Source of the DNA: Candidatus Eiseniibacteriota bacterium
GTDB taxonomy: Bacteria; Eisenbacteria; RBG-16-71-46; JABDJR01
Assembly (NCBI GenBank): GCA_963783375.1
Contig: CAWANH010000028.1
Location: 192,001-256,000, forward strand
Length of the DNA: 64,000 bases
Direction: 5' to 3'
Shown: in pieces, positions 57,899-64,000 of the stretch
Position numbering within the stretch: the first letter of the stretch is position 1
Layout of the letters: each line of letters starts with the position of its first letter
The notes under the pieces: model-generated
The model's input: only the letters and a program-made list of their open reading frames with translations
What the model was told of the DNA's origin: nothing
Database searches by the model: none
Position numbers and translations under genes: made by a program

Positions 57899-58759
57899 TC
57901 AGATCAGTTTCATGACGTCACGGATCTCGTCCTCGAGATCCACCAGGAGCGTGGCCAGCTCCAGATCGGTGAGGTCCAGACGCTCCACCGCCCCGACCTC
58001 CTCCAGGACGAGGTCCGGAGCGGGACGGGGATGGGCCCCCAGTTTCCGGCTGATGGCGTCCGCCGCCTGAACCCGGAGAACCAGCCCCTCCCGGATCCCG
58101 GGTGACTCGTCATGATGGGAGAGCACCGCCTTGCAGATCGAGTCCGGCAGGTGCCACTGGGTGAGCACGCTGAACCCCAGCTCGGGGTGAACGGCCTCCA
58201 GCACCTCGTCCACGCTTTCCGCGGTGATTTCGAAATCCGAGTTCGCCTCGGCGAGGTGATCTGCCGCTTTCAGGGCCAGGAGCTTCCCGATGTCGTGGAG
58301 CAACCCCGCCAGATAGGATTCCTCGGGGTCAGCCCCGGCCAGGACGGCCAGCCTGCGGGCGGCCAGGGCGGCGGCGACCGCGTGATCCCACAAGCGCTCG
58401 ACGAATTCTCTCCGGGCGGGCTCGTCGGTCCGGAACTGCCCCTTGTGAACCAGGGTGGTCACCATGGAACCCACGCGGTTGAGACCGATCCGGGAAATGG
58501 CCTGGCTCAGGTCGGTGATGCGCTCGAGCCCGCCGAAGAACGCGGAGTTGGCCATTCGCAAGAGGGCGGAGGTGATGACGGAGTCCGTCCGCACCAGGTC
58601 CGCGATCAAACGCGAATCGGCGCGATCCCGGTCCTCGAGCAGGGACAGGAGCCGCCGGCTCACCCGGGGAAGCGGGAGGAGCGAGACCTTCCCGTTCAGC
58701 GCGACGTTCCGGATCTGCTCGGTCAGGGACCGTTCGACCTGATCTTCCAGGCGGCTCAT
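57899..58759 (-). CDS. HDOD domain protein
   Basis: LPLP, LLRMANSAFFG, AISRIG, LWDH, AGLLHDIGKL, WHLP...HH; ATGA overlap with upstream ATPase. Confidence 0.9.
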   Translation of the reverse strand: MSRLEDQVERSLTEQIRNVALNGKVSLLPLPRVSRRLLSLLEDRDRADSRLIADLVRTDSVITSALLRMANSAFFGGLERITDLSQAISRIGLNRVGSMVTTLVHKGQFRTDEPARREFVERLWDHAVAAALAARRLAVLAGADPEESYLAGLLHDIGKLLALKAADHLAEANSDFEITAESVDEVLEAVHPELGFSVLTQWHLPDSICKAVLSHHDESPGIREGLVLRVQAADAISRKLGAHPRPAPDLVLEEVGAVERLDLTDLELATLLVDLEDEIRDVMKLI

Positions 58760-60735
58760 GTCGCGCTCCTCTTCGTCGCGATCTCCCCGAGTTCCGCCAT
58801 CGTCCTCACCCCGGCGTCCCTTGGAACGTTGTCGGCTACCTCGGACAGGGTGGTGGCGCCGGCGGCCGCCCGGAGGAGCCCCGCTTCCTCGAGGGTCATG
58901 AAGCCCGGCGTGCGCCGGGCCAGGGCCCTGAGCTCGCGGGAGGGGGCCCGGCTCAGGATACCGTCCCGGAAATCGTCCCCCAGGAGAAGCACCTCGTGAA
59001 TGCCGAGCCGGCCGCGGTACCCGGTGTTCCGGCAATGCTCGCAACCCGACCCCTCAACCAGGTAGACGCTGGCCAAATCCTCCCGGGACAACCCCAGGTA
59101 GCGAAGATCCTTCCGGGAGGCCGAGCTCCGGTCCCGACAGTGGGGGCAGACCCGCCGGATCAGGCGCTGGGCCACCACGCAGGTCAGGGTGGAAGCAACC
59201 AGGAAGGGCTCGATCCCCATCTCCAGGAGTCGGAGCACGGCGCTCACCGAATCCTCGGTGTGAAAGCTGGAGAGCACCTTGTGCCCGGTGAGCGCGGCCT
59301 CCACCCCCAGCTCCGCGGTCACCCGGTCCCGGATCTCCCCCACCACGATGACGTCCGGGTCCTGACGCAGCATCGCCCTCAGGGAATCCACGAAAGTGGG
59401 GCCGGTTTTCTGGTTGACCGAGCACTGGGTGGTTCCGTCCAGTACGTACTCCACCGGGTCTTCGCAGGTAATCACCTTCAGGGTGTCGTCCAGCATGGAA
59501 TCCACGAAGGAGTACATGGTGGTGGTTTTCCCGGACCCGGTGGGTCCGGTCACCAGGACCAGCCCCGAGGAGGCCCGCAGACCGACTTCCTTCAGCAGGC
59601 TCAGGACCGCCGGCTCGAATCCGAGACCGTCGAGGGGGAGGAGCCCGCGGGCGCGGTCCAGGAGCCGGATGACCAGGGTCTCCCCGAACACCGAGGCATA
59701 GGTGGAGACCCGCATGTCCACCTCCTTGCCCCCCGCCTTGACGAAGATCCGACCGTCCTGATGGAGCCGTCGCTCGGCGAGGTCCGCTCCGCACAACACC
59801 TTCACCCGGGAGGCGATCCGGGGAGCGAAATCGGCGGGAATGTCGAGCAGGGGGTGGAGCACCCCGTCCACCCGGACCCGCACCCTGATCTCCTTCTCCC
59901 GAGGCTCGATATGAATGTCGCTCGCACCCATGCTGATGGCCCGGAAGAAGACGTGGTCGACGATCCGGACCGCCTCCGCCCCGATCTCCTCGGTTTCCTC
60001 GACCTCCTGGATCTCGCGATACTTGAGGGTGACGACCCCTTCGGCTTCCTCTTCACCTCCGTGCATCCTACCGGCGGCGCGTTCGAGAGCGGCAAGGATG
60101 GAGGGTCCCACGGCGCAGGCCGGTTTGACCGGAACGCCGTAGATCCTCTCCAGCTCCCGGATCAGGTCGGCCTTCAAGGGATCGTTCATGACCACGGTGA
60201 GGACACCGTCCACCAGGCGGTAGGGCAGAGCCTTGTGCCGAGCCAGGTACGGCAGCGAGACCTTGGAGAGAAGCTTGTCCTGCACCAACGCCGCCTCGGG
60301 CTCCAGGTAGGCGAGGTCGTGTTTGGCGGCCAGCGCGCGCAGGAACTGCTCCTCGCTGGTGTGGCCACCGTCCACCAGGATGCGGCGGGCGGTGAGTTCC
60401 GGCGAACGGGCCTTGGCTTCCCGGTAGACGTTGAGACCCTGTTCGGAGAGCGCGCCCTCCTCCTGGAGAATCTCGGCGATGTCCAGTCGCGAGCGATAGA
60501 GCCGGGCGATACGTTCCTGATCGACGCGTGCGAGCTCACCCAGCTGCACGAGAATCTCCAGGATCGGCTTCGGCTCGCGGAGCCTGGCGGCAATCCGTCG
60601 CGCCCGTTCGATCTGGCCCCTGGTTATGGAGCTCTCCTGGATCAGGAGCGACTCAAGGCCGGTCATGGCTTCGGCCGATGCCGCGCTGTCCGCGGCTCCC
60701 TCCTCGGGGACCCGGGCCGTGTTGTCCACTTTCAT
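58756..60735 (-). CDS. Second GspE/PilB-family ATPase
   Basis: ASDIHIEP, ERRLHQDGR, GPTGSGKTTT, EDPVEY, LRQDPDVIVVGEIRD, two CxxC, GYRGR; start uncertain. Confidence 0.92.
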   Translation of the reverse strand: MKVDNTARVPEEGAADSAASAEAMTGLESLLIQESSITRGQIERARRIAARLREPKPILEILVQLGELARVDQERIARLYRSRLDIAEILQEEGALSEQGLNVYREAKARSPELTARRILVDGGHTSEEQFLRALAAKHDLAYLEPEAALVQDKLLSKVSLPYLARHKALPYRLVDGVLTVVMNDPLKADLIRELERIYGVPVKPACAVGPSILAALERAAGRMHGGEEEAEGVVTLKYREIQEVEETEEIGAEAVRIVDHVFFRAISMGASDIHIEPREKEIRVRVRVDGVLHPLLDIPADFAPRIASRVKVLCGADLAERRLHQDGRIFVKAGGKEVDMRVSTYASVFGETLVIRLLDRARGLLPLDGLGFEPAVLSLLKEVGLRASSGLVLVTGPTGSGKTTTMYSFVDSMLDDTLKVITCEDPVEYVLDGTTQCSVNQKTGPTFVDSLRAMLRQDPDVIVVGEIRDRVTAELGVEAALTGHKVLSSFHTEDSVSAVLRLLEMGIEPFLVASTLTCVVAQRLIRRVCPHCRDRSSASRKDLRYLGLSREDLASVYLVEGSGCEHCRNTGYRGRLGIHEVLLLGDDFRDGILSRAPSRELRALARRTPGFMTLEEAGLLRAAAGATTLSEVADNVPRDAGVRTMAELGEIATKRSAT

Positions 60736-60852
60736 GCGCGAAATGCCCCTCCTGTTGCCTCGGAAGGGGTTATCGGCGGGAGACGCCCCATGATTGAAAT
60801 TCATTGGGGTCCGGACCGGAGCGGGTAAACACGATAAACCCCAATGTGTACT

Positions 60853-60868
60853 TTGATATTCATATCAA
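60853..60868. promoter_or_regulatory. Palindromic operator-like site in divergent promoter region
   Basis: TTGATAT-TC-ATATCAA in an AT-rich intergenic patch. Confidence 0.45.
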
Positions 60869-60953
60869 TTCGCGCTAGATACCAAAACCGATCCGGGGTA
60901 GACTCTTCGTTGCGCCGCCGCCCCCCCATGCGAGCCACCGGAGGAGTCCTTCC

Positions 60954-62312
60954 ATGCCGTGCTCGCCGCGATGCCGCGTTCTCCCCGTCGTCCTGGCCGC
61001 CGTCCTCTTCGCGCTGTTCGCGCTTCCCGTCGAATCGCCGGGAAGACCCATGAACTGGGGGCACATCCCGGGGGTGGATTCGACGACCACGCCCCGGTGG
61101 CCGGATTCCACCAGGATCAAGGTCTACATCCCGGAGTACCCGGACTCGACCGGGAAGGCCGCCTGTGTTCGCCAGGGAATCGAACGCTGGAAGGATCAAC
61201 TGGCCAAGCGGGGGATCACCCTGGAATTCCACGTCGGCGAGACGCCCCCGGCGTACCCGACCGACAACACCGTCGGTCTGACCTGGGTGCCCAACGGGAC
61301 CCTCGGCGGACCCGACGGGCGGGGAGACTGCAAGGAAGACCCGAGCAAGAGTCCTCCCACCCTCAAGGCGGGAAAGATCCAGATCGAGAGCGACGCGCTC
61401 GACTGCACCTACCTCAAGAACCTGGCCATGCACGAGTTCGGACACGTCCTCGGCTTCGCCGACGACCCCGACACGCCGCCGGGGCCTCCCCCCCACAACG
61501 CCATGGATCCCACCGTCCCCGATTACGAGGACGTGACCTTCAGCGGGCGGGACAGCCTGGAGTGGGACACGCTCTACAACGTCGTGGGCGGAGCGCCGCT
61601 CCGGGGGGAGATCATCGACGGGGTGGTCTCGGATCCGGGGATGGGCTTCGTCTACACCTACGAGCTTCTGTGGACGGACGGCGCGGAGATCCCCATCTTC
61701 GATCTCCACCTCGGGGCGTTTCCGGCCGAGGTTGTGGTCCTCTCCACGCCGCCGGGGTGGGAGGTCGACTACCCGCCGAGCTATCTCTGCGGATTCCCCG
61801 GGGTCCCGGCCGACCCGAACACCCGGAAGCTCCACTTCCGCTCGACCGGGGCGGGGCTCTCCGGCGCAAACCCCGTGGGCACGTTCGTGCTGGCCAGCGT
61901 GTGGCCGCCCGGGCCGGGTTGGGGGCACGCGATGCTCGACAACAACGGCGACGGCGCCTTCGATCCGGTGCCCCTCACCGTACCCATCGGGCCCGCGACC
62001 GGGGTCCCGCCGGAGGGCTGGGACCGGGTGGCCACGCTCCGGGTCCTCCCGCCCTCGCCCAATCCCTTCCGGGACACCGCGGTCATCCGATTCCGGCTCG
62101 ACCGGCCGGCCTCCCGCGGGGAGGTGACGATCTTCGACGTCTCGGGCCGCCGGGTGCGCACCTTGCGCCTGGGGGGGCTCGAGGCTGGGGAGCGAACGGC
62201 GACCTGGGACGGCGGTGACGAGAGCGCCCGGCCGGTCCCGGGCGGAGTCTATTTCTACCGGGTGGTCGCCGACGACCGCGAGGGTGGAGGGCGCCTGGTG
62301 CGGACCCCCTGA
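60954..62312 (+). CDS. Secreted metzincin-like metalloprotease with FlgD-Ig C-terminal domain
   Basis: Signal peptide, HEFGHVLGFAD, downstream Met-turn-like NAMDP, PNPF...IFDVSGRRVRTL...WDG...GVYFYR. Confidence 0.8.
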   Translation: MPCSPRCRVLPVVLAAVLFALFALPVESPGRPMNWGHIPGVDSTTTPRWPDSTRIKVYIPEYPDSTGKAACVRQGIERWKDQLAKRGITLEFHVGETPPAYPTDNTVGLTWVPNGTLGGPDGRGDCKEDPSKSPPTLKAGKIQIESDALDCTYLKNLAMHEFGHVLGFADDPDTPPGPPPHNAMDPTVPDYEDVTFSGRDSLEWDTLYNVVGGAPLRGEIIDGVVSDPGMGFVYTYELLWTDGAEIPIFDLHLGAFPAEVVVLSTPPGWEVDYPPSYLCGFPGVPADPNTRKLHFRSTGAGLSGANPVGTFVLASVWPPGPGWGHAMLDNNGDGAFDPVPLTVPIGPATGVPPEGWDRVATLRVLPPSPNPFRDTAVIRFRLDRPASRGEVTIFDVSGRRVRTLRLGGLEAGERTATWDGGDESARPVPGGVYFYRVVADDREGGGRLVRTP

Positions 62313-62324
62313 GCGGGGAGCGGA

Positions 62325-62690
62325 TCAGCTGCGATAGAAGAGGATGAAGATCCCCTCGGGAGTCCGGCCGCGGCAGTAACAGCCGCCGTCGTCGGTGTCC
62401 CGGCGCTCTTCCAGGACGCCGCCCCCCGCCTCGAATTTTCGGAGCGCATCGTCCAGATCGGGAGCAGCCACCGCCAGGCCCCAGGGGATCCCCAGGGAGC
62501 CCTCGACCAGGGTGATCCGCTGGTCGGTGCGACGATCCTCCAGGGTCACCCAGTCCTTGCCCGTCTCCACGGGGGTGAATCCCAGGGCGTCCTGCCAGAA
62601 ACGGAGGCTCGTCTTGAGGGAGTCGACCTGCACCATCACGTCGGTAAAGCGGGTGTCGGCTGAGACCACGGCATCCCCCCAGCCGCGCAT
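62325..62690 (-). CDS. VOC (glyoxalase/bleomycin resistance) family protein
   Basis: VDSLKTSLRFWQDALGF, DLDDAL...GG, TPEG; start uncertain. Confidence 0.7.
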   Translation of the reverse strand: MRGWGDAVVSADTRFTDVMVQVDSLKTSLRFWQDALGFTPVETGKDWVTLEDRRTDQRITLVEGSLGIPWGLAVAAPDLDDALRKFEAGGGVLEERRDTDDGGCYCRGRTPEGIFILFYRS

Positions 62691-62741
62691 CGGCGCGACG
62701 GAAGCGGCGGGTCCACTTCGCGCGGCGGATCCGCTTTCAAC

Positions 62742-63110
62742 CTACTTGGCGCCGGGGTCGGGAGCCATGATGCCGAAAATGTTCCCCTCGGTGTCGGTGC
62801 AATAGGCCAACCAGCCCACCCCGGGAATCGCCATTCTCGGGACGACGACCTTCCCTCCCTCGGATTCGATCTTCTTCGTGTACCGGTCCACGTCGGGGAC
62901 GTCAATGGTGTTGTACACGTTCCCCCGGGGGTCTCGGCGCTTCATGATACCCCCGTTGATGCCGGGTTGGTCGTCGGGGCCGGTCCGCACGAGCCAGTAG
63001 GGTTCGGGCCCGTCCCAGCGGGTGGCCTCCCACCCGAACACATTGCCGTAGAATCTGCCCGCCCGTTCGGGGTCGTCGGCGTGGATCTCGAAATGGACAA
63101 CTCGTGGCAT
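62742..63110 (-). CDS. VOC family protein
   Basis: VVHFEIHADDPERA..FY..VFGW, GINGG, IPGVGWLAY..DTEGNIFG; AGGAG RBS. Confidence 0.92.
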   Translation of the reverse strand: MPRVVHFEIHADDPERAGRFYGNVFGWEATRWDGPEPYWLVRTGPDDQPGINGGIMKRRDPRGNVYNTIDVPDVDRYTKKIESEGGKVVVPRMAIPGVGWLAYCTDTEGNIFGIMAPDPGAK

Positions 63111-63316
63111 GAGGACTCCTCCGGTTCCCGTCCGGGACGTTGGGGCATCTCCATGTGACCGGGATCGATTAATTAAAAGTTACAGCGACTCAAGTGGAAC
63201 TACAAGCCAATATAGTGTCAAGATGACCGACTGTCGCTCGGCCTTCCCCCTCGCGCCATCGGCGAACGGACCCCGGCGCGTGCCGGAACGGCCGGCCAGG
63301 ATCCCCCTCCGGGCCC

Positions 63317-63526
63317 TCAGGGGGACTCCTCATCGTCGATCGGAGCGTACCCCGGACAGGCCAGAACCGGGAGCGGGGGGTATTTGGAAAACCCTGGATC
63401 GATGGCCGAGAGCGAGCAGAGGATGAACGCGGATCCCTTCCCCGAGAGGATCCGGCGGGCGTGCCGGCACGTACCGCATCGGCCGGCTTCCGGCGCTGTG
63501 GGGTGGGGTTCGGCGCGCGTGGTCAT
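63317..63526 (-). CDS. Small four-Cys hypothetical protein (69 aa)
   Basis: CGTCRH...FILC...KYPPLPVLACPGY; TATGCT -10-like box 6 nt before ATG. Confidence 0.6.
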   Translation of the reverse strand: MTTRAEPHPTAPEAGRCGTCRHARRILSGKGSAFILCSLSAIDPGFSKYPPLPVLACPGYAPIDDEESP

Positions 63527-63622
63527 TCCCCAAGCATAGCGCGACCGCTCCGAGGCCTCGGAGGTCGCGGGCGGCGAATTCCAGGGAGGCGATCCCCGAC
63601 GGGATGGGAGAGAATCGCCCCC

Positions 63623-64000
63623 ATGCGCCAAACCCTCATCGCGGTGATCCTCCTCCTTCTCCCCATCCCCGTCCGGGCGTCCCTCGGTGACCTGACCGCG
63701 GTTCGCTCCGGGGGGCGGACGGTCGAGCTGGAGGCGGGGGCGGCCACGGTGCGTCTCATCTTCTACCGGCCGGACCTGGTGCGGGTGGATTTCCTTCCCG
63801 GGCCGGCATCCGCGGTGTCGCCCACCCCGGCGGTGGCCACCGACACCTCCGAGGCGGCGCCGGTCGCGGTCACCGAGTTCGTGGATCGGGTTGAAGCGCG
63901 TTCGCCGGGGCTCACCGTTCGGGCGACCCGGCGCCCGCTTCGCCTGTCGTTCCTCGACGCCACCGGCGCAGAGATCCTCCGGGAAGCGCCGGAAGGAGGC
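63623..64000 (+). CDS. N-terminus of a probable GH31 glycosidase (runs off window)
   Basis: Signal peptide then VRLIFYRPDLVRVDF...LTVRATRRPLRLSFLDATGAEIL, resembling the GH31 N-terminal beta-sandwich; open to the window end. Confidence 0.6.
   Translation, partial: MRQTLIAVILLLLPIPVRASLGDLTAVRSGGRTVELEAGAATVRLIFYRPDLVRVDFLPGPASAVSPTPAVATDTSEAAPVAVTEFVDRVEARSPGLTVRATRRPLRLSFLDATGAEILREAPEGG

Overview
A very GC-rich bacterial chromosomal window. Three secreted proteins end in a FlgD-Ig/T9SS-like 'PNP...FDVxGRxVRTL...WDG...GxYF' tail, which suggests (inference only) an FCB-group lineage such as Eisenbacteria, Krumholzibacteria or Latescibacterota. In order, it carries: a leuB-like/thiolase/crotonase/3-hydroxyacyl-CoA dehydrogenase operon with tandem duplications anchored on stop codons; a DUF222-like HNH endonuclease gene with 36-bp repeats in its 3' end and an upstream array of four 278-bp units; a type IV pilus cluster with many frameshifts; rluB, an S9-type hydrolase, a large GH/FN3 protein and dinB; a MacAB-like exporter divergent from an ECF sigma/anti-sigma/Spy-like operon; a candidate sigma54-dependent sRNA; a 1026-aa beta-barrel/Cys-rich coiled-coil protein; HD, glycosyltransferase, AAA/VWA, S41 and ABC genes; PepF and M13 peptidases; an OmpR-type two-component system; GH18, TonB, HDOD plus a second PilB, a metzincin, VOC proteins and the start of a probable GH31. 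The strongest unexplained signal is a 150-nt element inside each 278-bp unit. It has a solo copy 47 kb away that differs by compensatory base-pair changes. It travels with a near-palindromic CCCCGGGGAAGCA-ATGTTCGCAATA motif that also occurs in the HNH gene's 3' end and at two distant intergenic sites. This is a candidate HNH-associated structured RNA or REP-like system.
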